Shown here piece by piece: positions 1 to 10,187 of a DNA stretch of 64,000 nt. Location of the stretch: positions 1,269 through 65,268 of the forward strand of contig CAYZJB010000012.1 of the NCBI GenBank assembly GCA_964478735.1. Reading direction: 5' to 3'. This DNA is from an uncultured Bacteroidota bacterium. Lineage in GTDB: Bacteria; CLD3; SB21. Each line of letters opens with the position of its first letter. Within the stretch, counting starts at the first letter, position 1. A program made the position numbers and the translations under genes. The notes under the pieces were generated by a model. The model worked only from the letters and a program-made list of their open reading frames with translations, was not told the DNA's origin and did no database searches.

Positions 1-941
1 TTTTTTTTAAACTCCGGCAGTTCGTCGAGGAACAGGACACCGTGATGCGCGATCGACACTTCGCCCGGCCGAGGAATATGGCCGCCGCCGATCAATCCGG
101 CATCGCTGATCGTGTGATGAGGACTGCGGAACGGCCGGATGGTGATCAACGCTTCATTGGCTTCGAGCAGTCCGGCGACACTGTGAATTTTCGTCGTCTC
201 CAGCGCTTCGTCCAGCGTCAGATCGGGAAGGATCGTCGGGAGGCGTTTGGCCAGCATCGTTTTGCCGCTGCCCGGAGGACCGATCATAATGATATTATGT
301 CCGCCGGCGGCTGCGACTTCTAGGGCGCGTTTGGCATGGGCTTGACCTTTGACGTCCTGAAAATCGATAAGGCCATTGCGGCGTGCGGCAAGGATGCCGC
401 GAATGTCGACGCGGTGAGGTTTGATATCGGCATCACCGTTGAGAATGTCGACGGCCTCTCGCAGTGTTTGCACCGGCAGGACGTCCAATCCATCGGTCAT
501 GGCCGCTTCCGACGCGTTGTCCGCAGGTAAAATAATTCCGCGCAGATTTTCCGATTTCGCTTTGACGGAAATGCTGAGCGCACCGGTCACGGGCCGCAGA
601 CTGCCATCGAGCGCGAGTTCGCCTAAAATGGCGTACCGATCCAGCATTTCCTGTTTGATCTGGCCGTGCGCGGCGAGGATGCCGAGCGCGATGGGCAGGT
701 CGAACGCGCTGCCTTCTTTTCGGATGTCGGCGGGGGCGAGATTGACGGTGATGCGCTTGATCGGAAAATTCAGGCCGGAATTTTTGATGGCGGCGTTTAC
801 GCGTTCTTTGCTTTCGCGTACGGCGCCGTCGGGCAGTCCGACGGTGATGTAGCCGGGCACCGCCCCTTCGAGATGCGCTTCGACCGTGACCATGACGGCG
901 TCGATGCCAAACGTCGTGGCACTTAAGATACGAGCTAACAT
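1..941 (-). CDS. comM: Mg-chelatase-like AAA+ ATPase ComM/YifB family. The N-terminus is in the window and the C-terminus runs off the window start.
   Basis: Reverse-strand translation from the ATG (complement CAT at about 939-941) reads [16 protein letters not shown]... At the window edge the frame reads ...[28 protein letters not shown], the ComM/YifB signature. It is absent from the ORF track because there is no stop within the window. Confidence 0.8.
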   Translation of the reverse strand, partial: MLARILSATTFGIDAVMVTVEAHLEGAVPGYITVGLPDGAVRESKERVNAAIKNSGLNFPIKRITVNLAPADIRKEGSAFDLPIALGILAAHGQIKQEMLDRYAILGELALDGSLRPVTGALSISVKAKSENLRGIILPADNASEAAMTDGLDVLPVQTLREAVDILNGDADIKPHRVDIRGILAARRNGLIDFQDVKGQAHAKRALEVAAAGGHNIIMIGPPGSGKTMLAKRLPTILPDLTLDEALETTKIHSVAGLLEANEALITIRPFRSPHHTISDAGLIGGGHIPRPGEVSIAHHGVLFLDELPEFKK

Positions 942-1437
942 AGGATTTCCCTCATTTAAGACGAAATCAAATTATCCGTCCCTGCCGGAAAATGCAAGGG
1001 AGAAAAAAACGAACGAAAACACGAGAGGGATCGTTCCAGGGTGAAGTACATTTACAATCAGGATGGACTCGTTTTCAAATTCATTGAGTAACAGATCGCC
1101 CCAATGGGGCTGTCGGATTTTTGGCTTTGCCCTTCAAGAGATAGCATGCCCCTACGGGGCAAGGACTGACGTCAGCTGAAGGTCAATCGAATGTCTCAGA
1201 AAAAAAGCACTGTAGGTGCGCACGGTCAGTAACTCTCAATCTACGAGGAATCCGAAGCGCCGTAGGCGCGATTTGTTTGTAAACGAAATCAGATTTGTAA
1301 TGAAAAAGAAATTATGGTAATACCTACACACAAATTTACTGGTTTCCGCCGTTATGAACCGCCGATCTCTGATCGCGAAAGCCAGCGCAAGCAAGAAGAA
1401 AATGAACAAGAAACAGGAATGGAATAGTTCCCTACCG

Positions 1438-4400
1438 TCAACCTACCAGTGGAATTGAAAAGCTGAATGTCGATCCGTGGCCGACTTCGCTTTCGACCCA
1501 GACGCGGCCGCCGTGCAGTTCGACAATTTTTTTAACGATGGCCAGACCCAGTCCGGTGCTGGGTTCACCGGCCGTCGGGCGCGAGCTCAGACGGCCGAAC
1601 GACACGAAGGCGCTTTCGATGTCCCTGGCCGACAATCCCTGGCCGGTATCCGCCACGTGCATGACGATCTCGCGGTCCGTCGTATCGCAGGAAACCCGTA
1701 CCGTACCGCCGGGATGCGTGTATTTGATGGCATTGGACAGCAGGTTGTCGATGACCTCGCGGATTCGTGCGCGATCGAACGAGGCTTCGGGAACGGGATG
1801 GCCGTCGACGACGAGCCGGATGTTTTTTTGTTCGGCATACCGCCGGTGCAACTGTTCACACTCGTGTAGCAATGACGTCAGATCGTCCGGCTGGCGGTCG
1901 AGGGTTATTTTTCCAGATTCGATGGCCGCGACGTCGAGGAGACTGGAAATCAGGTGCGACATGGCTTCAGCGGACTGCAAGACGGTCCGTAAATCGCCTT
2001 TGGCCAGCGACACGGACGCGGAGGTGTCACGCAATTCGGTCAGAATCAGCCGGACGTATCCGATGATGCTGCCGAGCGGGTTACGCAGATCGTGGGCAAC
2101 GATGCCGAGAAATTCGTTTTTGCGGTCGTTGAGTTGTTCGAGCATCTGTGTTTTTTGTTCGAGTTCGACGGTCCGGCGGCGCACCAGCGCTTCCAGCCGG
2201 GTCCGTGCCGTTTCGATCTGCCGCACGCGCCACCGGTAAACCGCCCAGATGAAAACAATGCCGGTGATAACGAGCAGCGCCCGGAACCACCACGTTTTCC
2301 AGAACGGCGGGTGGATGACGACGTCCAGCCGGGCTTCCTGTTCGTTCCACACGCCGTCGTTGTTGGCGGCACGGACTTTAAACCGGTACGTTCCGGGATC
2401 AAGATTCGTATAGCGGGCGACATTGCGATTGCCGGCGTCATTCCAGGATTCGTCCAGCCCTTCCAGCATGTACCGGTATTCGTTGCGCAGGGGATTGGCA
2501 AAATCAAGGGCGGCAAATTCGAAAGATAAAAAATTATCCCGGTAGCCGAATTCGACGCGATCCTTAAATGATTGCACCGGCTGCTGAAATGACCGGGCAA
2601 ATAACCGGACGTCCGTAATAACGATTTTTGGCGGGTGCGGATTGTCGCGAATATGACGCGGATTGAAACGGTTCATTCCGTTGACGCTGCCCCATAAAAT
2701 TTCCTCGGCGGACGAGAGACAGGGATAGCTTGTACGATCGGTAAATCCGCGGCTTACGAGCCCGTCGTTCAAATCGTAATTTCGAAAGCGTTCCGTTGCC
2801 GGATCGAAGCGGGCGAGTCCACGGGAGGTACCGACCCACAGAAATCCCTGCGGGTCTTCAAGAATACCGTGTGCCATGTCGCCGTCGGCGCCATAAAACG
2901 AAGTAAACGTCCCGGGATCGGCGTGGTAGCGGTGCAATCCCCCGCCGTTGGTCCCGATCCAGAGCACGCCCGCCGACGACTCCAACAGAGCGGTGATTTC
3001 ATTGCTGGTGAGGCCGTTCTTGACGTCAAAATTCGTGAATGAACGTCGTGCGGTATCGAGCCGGCTCAATCCGTGGTCCGTCGTGCCGATCCAGAGCGAA
3101 CCGTCGCGCGTGCAGAGCAGGGTTGAAATAAAATCGCCCGGCAGGGACCGGTCGTTTTTTTCTTCGTGTTTGAAATTTTCAAACGTACGGGAATCCGGAT
3201 CCCATCGGCTCAATCCGAATCCGTCCGTTCCGATCCAGATGTCGCCCGTCGGATCCTGTACGATCGCATTGATTCGCCGACCGCCGATACCGGACGATTC
3301 CAGGTAATGCGTAAATTGTCGCGTGGCCGGATCCAACACGGTCAATCCTTCCGTGGTTCCGATCCAGAGCCGGCCGCGCCGGTCCTGACAGAGCGCACGA
3401 ACGCGGTCGTCGATCAGCGAATGAGGATCATCCGGCCGATGTTGAAATATTTCGAAATTTTCCGAGGTGCGGTCGAACCGGTGAAGGCCGCCTCCGTATG
3501 TCCCGATCCAAAACACATTGGGCGTCGTCCGATCTTCGATAATGGCCGTCACGTCGTCGTGTTGCAAACCACCGGGCCGGTGGCGTCTGTGTTCATAGTG
3601 GAAAAAAGGTTTCAGCGGGTCACAGGTATTGACGCCCTGGCTGCCCGTGCCGATCCAGATCGTTCCTCCCCGGTCTTCGTAAATGACGCGAATGAATTCG
3701 TCGGTCAAACCCCACGGGTTGTCCTCTTCGTGCGGATAATATTCGGCGTGCCGTCTCGACGGATCGAGGCGAACGACGCCGTCGCGGAATGTCCCGAGCC
3801 ACAAAAATCCCGATCGGTCTTCACGAAGCGCACGGACGCGGATCGGCAAGCCTTTTTGAATCAACGGATCGGCAATTTCGGTGTGGCGCGTGCGGGAGTT
3901 CCATCGATAGAGTTGGGTATGCGAGGCGATCCACATCCAGCCGTCGCGATCGGCGGCGATCGAGTAGACTTTCCGATCGACGGCCGGTTTACGCCGGATA
4001 TCCGGGATGGCCGGACCTATTTTCCCAGTCGACGGATTCAGCGTATCGGCGCCGAGGTCCGTTCCGATCCAGATCCGGCCACCGTCATCCTGACTGATCG
4101 TCCAGACGCGGTTGTGACTCAGGCCGGAATTGTCCGTGCGAAAGTGGCGGAAAGCCGGTCGCGATCCGTCCCAGACGACTAGATCCAGTCCTTCCATAAA
4201 CGTACCGAGCCACATCCGGCCCTGGCGGTCGACAAAAAGGCACTGAATGCGATCGTCGGCGATCGACGTTGAATCCGAGGGATCGTGTTGATAAACGGTA
4301 AATTTACCCGTTTCGGGATTGAAGGCATTGAGGCCTCCCGGCCACGTGGCGATCCAGAATATTCCCGTCGAATCTTCGACGATGTCGCCGTAGGAAACAC

Positions 4401-4653
4401 GCGATCCGGGATAGCTATCGTTGCGGAAGAGAACGATCGAATGTCCGTCGTACCGATTGAGTCCGGCGCGCGTACCGAACCACATAAAGCCCTGACGGTC
4501 CTGAAAAATTGAAAATATCGAGCCGCTCGACAATCCGTCTTCGACGTTCAGGTGGCCGAAGCGAATCGTCGATTGCTGCGCGGACGCCGGTAGCCGGACC
4601 AGAATGAAAAATACAACAACATACCGGACCGACGAAATGATACGCCAATTCAT
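1438..4653 (-). CDS. Sensor histidine kinase with an N-terminal signal/TM segment, many two-component-regulator beta-propeller repeats and a Y_Y_Y-like region, then TM, HisKA and HATPase_c. It has no REC or AraC domain.
   Basis: 1071-aa ORF. It has repeated D-x-x-G-x-x-W-I-G-T and GL-x-R propeller motifs. The HisKA motif is AHDLRNPL. The C-terminal ATPase region reads HGGRVWVESEVGHGSTFSFSIPL. No response-regulator gene is adjacent. Confidence 0.9.
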   Translation of the reverse strand: MNWRIISSVRYVVVFFILVRLPASAQQSTIRFGHLNVEDGLSSGSIFSIFQDRQGFMWFGTRAGLNRYDGHSIVLFRNDSYPGSRVSYGDIVEDSTGIFWIATWPGGLNAFNPETGKFTVYQHDPSDSTSIADDRIQCLFVDRQGRMWLGTFMEGLDLVVWDGSRPAFRHFRTDNSGLSHNRVWTISQDDGGRIWIGTDLGADTLNPSTGKIGPAIPDIRRKPAVDRKVYSIAADRDGWMWIASHTQLYRWNSRTRHTEIADPLIQKGLPIRVRALREDRSGFLWLGTFRDGVVRLDPSRRHAEYYPHEEDNPWGLTDEFIRVIYEDRGGTIWIGTGSQGVNTCDPLKPFFHYEHRRHRPGGLQHDDVTAIIEDRTTPNVFWIGTYGGGLHRFDRTSENFEIFQHRPDDPHSLIDDRVRALCQDRRGRLWIGTTEGLTVLDPATRQFTHYLESSGIGGRRINAIVQDPTGDIWIGTDGFGLSRWDPDSRTFENFKHEEKNDRSLPGDFISTLLCTRDGSLWIGTTDHGLSRLDTARRSFTNFDVKNGLTSNEITALLESSAGVLWIGTNGGGLHRYHADPGTFTSFYGADGDMAHGILEDPQGFLWVGTSRGLARFDPATERFRNYDLNDGLVSRGFTDRTSYPCLSSAEEILWGSVNGMNRFNPRHIRDNPHPPKIVITDVRLFARSFQQPVQSFKDRVEFGYRDNFLSFEFAALDFANPLRNEYRYMLEGLDESWNDAGNRNVARYTNLDPGTYRFKVRAANNDGVWNEQEARLDVVIHPPFWKTWWFRALLVITGIVFIWAVYRWRVRQIETARTRLEALVRRRTVELEQKTQMLEQLNDRKNEFLGIVAHDLRNPLGSIIGYVRLILTELRDTSASVSLAKGDLRTVLQSAEAMSHLISSLLDVAAIESGKITLDRQPDDLTSLLHECEQLHRRYAEQKNIRLVVDGHPVPEASFDRARIREVIDNLLSNAIKYTHPGGTVRVSCDTTDREIVMHVADTGQGLSARDIESAFVSFGRLSSRPTAGEPSTGLGLAIVKKIVELHGGRVWVESEVGHGSTFSFSIPLVG

Positions 4654-4754
4654 ATTGCCGCCTGCGGAATGATAACCGATGGCAGAGACGGGTCGTGAGA
4701 ACGATTAAAGATCGGAAATGTTGGGCGGGAAATCCATACCGGACTTGAGACGGT

Positions 4755-5457
4755 TTATACGCTTCCGAGCAGGCGCCGCATCTTATCCACGCACTGTGCG
4801 TCCATTCGTTGAAGGCGGTTTTTTTTCAAGTTCTCGCGGCAAATCCATCGAATGTCCATATCCTTGTGGGAAATCCATTTTTCCATCAGCGGTTTACCGT
4901 CAACGGGATCGGCCACGACGGCGACACTCCAGCCGTATCCGAGCGTTGTCGCAGCACCCGAAAGGCGTCGTCTTTTTTGTTTTTCGTTTTAGGAATCGAT
5001 GCGGTGATGGCATCGAGTGTTTTCAGCACGGCAGCGGCATGGTGTCGCGCGTTCAGCAGTCTGGGCTCACACAGACCCGCGACCGCGGCGCGCCGTTCGA
5101 GAAGATTGCCCCTGGCCCACGAGGCGAGTTGTTCCAGCAGCCCTTCCATATCCACATCGCCGATCCGTTGCAATGCCATCGCCACACCTTCCCGCACGCG
5201 CCAGCGGGAATCGGATGCCGTCGCCCGTAGGACCGGCCAGAGTTTTGTTTCACGCTTTGCGATAGAGCCCCGAGCCCGACGGCTCCGAAGGCTAATAGAA
5301 ATTCTGCCCGACTTCCGGCGGGTTCCCTTGTCGGCAGCCGCCTGGATGAGTTCCAGATCGACGCGCGGGCCTGGGGAAGCCCGCTATTTTTCAATAAAAA
5401 CGCGTCCCAGTTTTTGAGTTTTCGAAGCTCGGTGCGATACGCATCGATTTTACTCAT
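4755..5457 (-). pseudogene. AlkD-like DNA alkylation repair (HEAT-repeat glycosylase) gene disrupted by at least three frameshifts.
   Basis: ATG at 5457 gives MSKIDAYRTELRKLKNWDAFLLKNSGLP. The expected continuation is found in three different frames: PGPRVDLELIQAAADKG; then DSRWRVREGVAMALQRIGDVDMEGLLEQLASWARGN; then WISHKDMDIRWICRENLKKNRL. The ORF track splits this into two overlapping minus-strand ORFs at 5053-5457 and 4886-5197. Confidence 0.6.
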
Positions 5458-5593
5458 CGCGCGCTCATCGGTCTTTTTGCAATCGGCAAGATATGTAAAT
5501 CAACAAAAGATCCGCGGCAAATGGGATGTCAACGGTCATTGAAAAAGACACGGATTCCCGTTATGGTACGGGCGATTTGCCGGCGAGGTGTGA

Positions 5594-6502
5594 ATGGATC
5601 AGATTCTATTGCTCGCGATAAGTTTTGTTCTGGGTATCATCCTGCGCCGCACGAATCGGCTTCCGGAAAACACACCTGCGGTGTTGAACGGTTTCATCAT
5701 CTATGTGTCACTTCCCGCATTGACACTGTTGTATCTTCACGACCTGCGTCTGGACGCCGCTTTGCTGGCGCCGGCCTCGATGCCGTGGTTGTATTTTGCG
5801 TTTGCCGCCGCGTTGATTGTCGCCATCGGGCGACAGTTCAACTGGCCGCGATCCGTCGTCGGATGCCTGTTGCTGACGACGGGAATGGGCAATACGTCCT
5901 TCGTGGGTCTGCCGATGATCGAAGCGTATTATGGAACGCATGCGATTGGGATCGGACTTATTGCCGATCAGGCGGGGTCGTTTATGGTGCTCTCTACGTT
6001 AGGCTTGATGACAGCAACGCGGTTCAGTTCGGGCGATCTATCCTTCATGGCCATGGTGCGGAAAATCGTGTCGTTTCCTCCTTTCCTGTGTGCCATCGTT
6101 GCCCTGTCGACACAAAGCATTGAGATTCCGGGAGGGTTTCGTTCCGTGCTCGAACGTCTCGGTCAGACGCTGACGCCGATCGCACTTATTTCCGTCGGCA
6201 TGCAGTTGCAGCTCACGTCGTTGAACGAGAGTCTTCGTCCACTGAGTGTCGGATTGATTTTGAAATTGCTCATTCTTCCCGGCCTGATGCTTCTGATCTA
6301 TGCTCTGCTGTTCAAGGTCCGTGATCTCGTGCTTCAGGTGACGGTTTTTGAAGCGGCGATGCCGCCGATGATCACGGGCGGCATCATCGCGATGGAGTAC
6401 AAACTTGAGCCGAAACTGGCGGCGCTGATGGTCGGGATCGGCATTCCGATTTCATTTCTGACGTTGGCGGGATGGTGGTGGGTGTTGGCAAGGTGGGTTT
6501 AA
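5594..6502 (+). CDS. AEC-family (auxin efflux carrier / malate permease-like) membrane transporter.
   Basis: 302-aa polytopic membrane protein whose composition and length are typical of the AEC family. Confidence 0.8.
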   Translation: MDQILLLAISFVLGIILRRTNRLPENTPAVLNGFIIYVSLPALTLLYLHDLRLDAALLAPASMPWLYFAFAAALIVAIGRQFNWPRSVVGCLLLTTGMGNTSFVGLPMIEAYYGTHAIGIGLIADQAGSFMVLSTLGLMTATRFSSGDLSFMAMVRKIVSFPPFLCAIVALSTQSIEIPGGFRSVLERLGQTLTPIALISVGMQLQLTSLNESLRPLSVGLILKLLILPGLMLLIYALLFKVRDLVLQVTVFEAAMPPMITGGIIAMEYKLEPKLAALMVGIGIPISFLTLAGWWWVLARWV

Positions 6503-6612
6503 CCGTATGGGGAATGGCATCTGCTTTTGCGATACTGCGCTTGGTATAACTTTCATCTCCCACCGCCATGCGTGCATTTGCAGGAACGGTGCCCGATTTT
6601 GGTGATTTCTAA

Positions 6613-6876
6613 ATGGTATGGGCCTTCCACGGGGGCACGTTATTGCCTTGGGCAATAACGGTTTTTGAAATGGCGGGCGGAATTGTGTTGATCGCGGTTT
6701 TGTACGAACATGTTCTTTCCCTGATATTCGCAGCCCATATCGCCACGGGGATTGTCCTCGTACACGCCAGGTTGGGCTGGTTTGTCGTCGGACACGGGCA
6801 AAACGGTGCCGAATACAGTTTTCTTATACGTGTCGCGTGTCTGGCCGTATTTTGCCTACGCGGCGAGAAGCGTTAG
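6613..6876 (+). CDS. Small hydrophobic protein resembling the C-terminal half of a DoxX-family protein. It may be a truncated remnant.
   Basis: 87 aa with two or three predicted TM helices. There is no room upstream for the N-terminal half (110 bp to the previous gene, and a stop codon immediately upstream in frame). Confidence 0.3.
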   Translation: MVWAFHGGTLLPWAITVFEMAGGIVLIAVLYEHVLSLIFAAHIATGIVLVHARLGWFVVGHGQNGAEYSFLIRVACLAVFCLRGEKR

Positions 6877-8429
6877 CCGCCATACTCGCAACGGCGCAGC
6901 CACAACATCGTGATGTCGTCCGACTGGGGGTGATTCTGCGCAAAGGAGCGGATTTTTTCCATCAACGCCTTGCACCAGGGTTTGAGATCCTTCGTTGAAG
7001 ACGAGAGATGGTTGCTCAGTTTTTCTTCACCGAACATGTCCTCGTTCGGATTCTCGGCTTCCGTGATCCCGTCGGTGTACATGAATAACCCGTTTCCCGG
7101 CAACAGTTGGAATTTTTCAGTCCGGTAATCGTAGTGTTCCAAAACACCGAGCGCGGGGCCCGTCGGTCCGATCCGTTGCGTCTTGTTTTGGGAAATCAAA
7201 AACGGCGGATTGTGGCCCGCATTGGCGCATTGAAGCATGCCGGAGCCGGGTTCCAGGAAGGCGACAAAAAACGTGATGAATTTGTCCGGCGTCGACGAGC
7301 GAAAGACCAGCCGATTGAGTTTACGGACCAATTCGGCGAGGTTGTTTTCCGACTCGGCGTAGGACCGTAAAGCGGCATGCAGCGTACTGACCAACAATGC
7401 CGCCGCGATGCCCTTACCCGCCACGTCCGCAATCGTGAGGTACCACCGGTCGTCCCGGATCCTGAAGATGTCGAAGAAATCGCCGCCCACGTCCTTTGTG
7501 GGTACATTCATGCCATACGCTTCATACCCGTGGATCGCCGGCATGAGTTGCGGAATGAGGTTTTTCTGAATGGCAGCGGCAATGGCGATTTCCTGATCCA
7601 GGAGTTGTTTGGCAAACGCTTCCTTTTGGAGCGCATCCCGATCCAGAACTGCAACCATCTGTCGGACGACCGCATCCACAAGGACGCGATCCGTGTCGTC
7701 AAATCGATCGGGAGCGCCACGCGATTCTTTCTGCGACAAAACGATCTGTATCCGGTGCGTATCGGATGACCCTTCACAGGATAACATTTCCGGGTCCGGA
7801 ATCGGAAACGGTAGGCTTTCGGGAAAACCAATTATTGTAACGTCTTGAGATTCCGCCACCCGTATCCATCCCTGCGCCGCGCTCACCATGGCGGTGATTC
7901 GGGCAAGAGCGGTTTCAAAAAGTTCCGAGATGTTGGTCTTCGATGCAAGTTCGATCGTCGTGTCCACGAGGGAATTGAGCTGGGCAATACGATGGTGCAG
8001 TTGAAAAATCAGACGCTGTTCGATTTGCCGAGAAACGAAAAACACGTACGCGTGATACACGAGTTCGACGATCAGATCGAACGCGAGCGTATCCTCTTCG
8101 CTGTACGGCTGTGCGTCAAGCCGCGGTCCCGCGACGAGAACAAGATCTCGTTTGGCCGTGAGTGGAGCGGCGAGGAGAAAAGGTGAAAACACGCCGGATC
8201 CCCCATTGACGTCTGCCGGCAGCGATTCGACGAGCCGGTGATGTTGGTAGATGACGTGCCATGATCGCTCGCGGCGTTCAAAGAGCCCCGCATCACTCGT
8301 CAGCAGGGAGCCGCGAACGATGTGGGCGGCCAGTCGCCCGAATTCGTCCTTGCTTTTGGACTGAGCCAGAAGATCAAATTCCTCCCGCAACGATCCTATT
8401 TTCCAGGAAAGGCGGGCCGAACGATCCAT
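6873..8429 (-). CDS. GAF-domain protein phosphatase of the PP2C / SpoIIE / RsbU family.
   Basis: The C-terminal region carries PP2C motifs: DVGGDFFDIF..., LTIADVAGKGIAAALLVS, NAGHNPP and YTDGITEA. The N-terminal 300 aa are GAF-like. Confidence 0.85.
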   Translation of the reverse strand: MDRSARLSWKIGSLREEFDLLAQSKSKDEFGRLAAHIVRGSLLTSDAGLFERRERSWHVIYQHHRLVESLPADVNGGSGVFSPFLLAAPLTAKRDLVLVAGPRLDAQPYSEEDTLAFDLIVELVYHAYVFFVSRQIEQRLIFQLHHRIAQLNSLVDTTIELASKTNISELFETALARITAMVSAAQGWIRVAESQDVTIIGFPESLPFPIPDPEMLSCEGSSDTHRIQIVLSQKESRGAPDRFDDTDRVLVDAVVRQMVAVLDRDALQKEAFAKQLLDQEIAIAAAIQKNLIPQLMPAIHGYEAYGMNVPTKDVGGDFFDIFRIRDDRWYLTIADVAGKGIAAALLVSTLHAALRSYAESENNLAELVRKLNRLVFRSSTPDKFITFFVAFLEPGSGMLQCANAGHNPPFLISQNKTQRIGPTGPALGVLEHYDYRTEKFQLLPGNGLFMYTDGITEAENPNEDMFGEEKLSNHLSSSTKDLKPWCKALMEKIRSFAQNHPQSDDITMLWLRRCEYGG

Positions 8430-8693
8430 GGGCTGTGAATTCCTGTCTTAGTGGTCAGGGCTTCGTCATGCAGAAAGCCGCAATTCGCGCAAAGCATCTT
8501 CGGTGGTGGGGAACTTCCCGGCGGAGTTTTCCCGGACAAGCCATCAATGCCATTTCCGCACGCCATTATCTAACCCGGCAGGGCCGGAATATCGAATTGA
8601 ACACTTAACACAGAGGCCACCGAGCACGCAGAGAGCGATTTTTTCTCTAAGACTTACTATAGAATCCTCAAGGAGAAAATGCGAGAAACATCG

Positions 8694-8713
8694 TAGCCGT
8701 AACGGCTTTTCTC
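8694..8713 (+). terminator. Small hairpin (GCCGT-AA-CGGC) followed by TTTTCTC. A possible intrinsic terminator of an unannotated plus-strand transcript in the 690-bp intergenic region.
   Basis: Seen directly in the sequence. There is no plus-strand CDS upstream, so if real it would terminate an sRNA or leader. Confidence 0.25.
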
Positions 8714-8716
8714 ATA

Positions 8717-8741
8717 ACCCCACCCCGTCCCTCCCCTTGCT
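8717..8741. repeat. GC-rich motif CCCCACCCCGTCCCTCCCCTTGCT. It is a solo copy of the left arm of the palindromic element at 21404-21456.
   Basis: It matches 21408-21432 (CCCCACCCCTGCCCCTCCCCTTGCT) at 24 of 25 aligned positions. Both copies are intergenic. Confidence 0.35.
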
Positions 8742-9121
8742 CCCTCCATACATGCTGGGAAAACTCACCCACTAGAAATCCGGAAGCATGTAAATATCTA
8801 CGCAAAAAACGTAGATGTTGCGGATACAGAGTCTAAAAATCTTGCCGGAGTGGACGCTACCGCCCGTCATTTTCAAACGAGCCGGCCGGCTTTCGTTGTA
8901 CGCCAATTATCTGCACATGACATTATTCTCATCGGTCCTGTGTGCGCGAAATGGAGCGGAATGGAAGTTTCCAACCAACGTCGGCGCGCAGATCGACATT
9001 CGCCTCGTGGCCCTGTCGTATTTGAGATTTACCCTGTCGACCGGATATGCCGTCGCGTTTCGGAAGGGCCATAACGACGGGCAAGAATGGATGATGTCCC
9101 TTAAAATTCACTGATGACAAC

Positions 9122-10105
9122 ATGAATCTGCTGTTGAGCTTCTTTCCGGTCTGTTTGTTTCTCGCTGGCCTGATCGCCATGGACAGTTACAAACTGGTTC
9201 GCCGGGGAACTCTTGCAGCGGCGATATGCGCCGGAGCCATTGCCGCGGTGTCAGCATTGGTCATTCAGAGCCTGGGGTCGGCGGTCGTGAGTATGCCTCC
9301 GATGATCGCCGATCGCTACGTGGCGCCGGTTGTCGAAGAGGCGTTGAAGTCGGTGTATTTAGTCATCCTGATACGGCGAACCCGGATCGCTTTCACCGTC
9401 GACGCGGCGGTGGTGGGGTTTGCCGTCGGTACTGGATTCGCGCTCGTTGAAAACCTGTATTATCTCGAGAACATTTCCGACGGAAATTTTTTCCTTTGGC
9501 TCCTCCGGGGCGTCGGTACCGCCGTCATGCACGGATCGACGACCGCGATCTTTGCCATGCTTTACCGTACAACTCACGATGTTCAAACCCGTTTTGCATT
9601 TACGATAAGTATCGCGGGACCCGTAGCCGTTCATATGGCCTATAATCATTTTTTACTCGGGCCGACGGTCAATGCCATTATGATCCTCGCGGGATTTCCT
9701 TTACTGGTCATTGTGGCCTTCACGCGCTGCCGATCGCATATCGAACGCTGGCTCGGAATGGGATTTGACCGGGATGCGGAATTGCTGACGATGCTGGACA
9801 GCGGTCACATGAGCGACACGCCGATTGGCCGTTACCTGTCGTCCATTAAGAAGTATTTTCCATCGGAGATCGTGGTCGACATGGTTTGCCTCGTTCGCCT
9901 TCATGCCGAACTGTCGTTGCGCGCCAAGGGGATTTTGCTTATGCGAAGCGTCGGACTCCAACCGCCTTCGGATTACGATGTTCGGCCCAGGCTTGTCGAA
10001 ATGCGGTCGCTGACCAAGAATATCGGAAAGATCGGGCGACTGGCCCTGAGTCCCGTCCTGTCTCAGCGATATCGTGAAGTGTGGCAGCTTCGACTATTGG
10101 AATAA
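9122..10105 (+). CDS. prsW: PrsW-family intramembrane glutamic-type metalloprotease (anti-sigma-factor protease family).
   Basis: Polytopic membrane protein with the PrsW motifs: EE-x-x-K (VVEEALKS), F-x-x-x-E (FALVENLYY) and H-x-x-x-T (HGSTTAIFA). Confidence 0.75.
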   Translation: MNLLLSFFPVCLFLAGLIAMDSYKLVRRGTLAAAICAGAIAAVSALVIQSLGSAVVSMPPMIADRYVAPVVEEALKSVYLVILIRRTRIAFTVDAAVVGFAVGTGFALVENLYYLENISDGNFFLWLLRGVGTAVMHGSTTAIFAMLYRTTHDVQTRFAFTISIAGPVAVHMAYNHFLLGPTVNAIMILAGFPLLVIVAFTRCRSHIERWLGMGFDRDAELLTMLDSGHMSDTPIGRYLSSIKKYFPSEIVVDMVCLVRLHAELSLRAKGILLMRSVGLQPPSDYDVRPRLVEMRSLTKNIGKIGRLALSPVLSQRYREVWQLRLLE

Positions 10106-10187
10106 CCGACGCACGGCAAGATCGAATCAACTCGTTCGACCAGGGATAGTCTTTTCCATAGAGCTTATAGACAATAGCATAATTCTC

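Noticed and set aside
3166-4182. 338-aa plus-strand ORF, plus several 60-240-aa ORFs, inside the sensor kinase region
   Set aside because: All are antisense or alternative-frame ORFs within a 1071-aa gene that has clear propeller, HisKA and HATPase motifs.
8815-9114. 99-aa and 74-aa ORFs in the long intergenic region
   Set aside because: They have no RBS, no recognisable domain, mixed composition, and overlapping frames.
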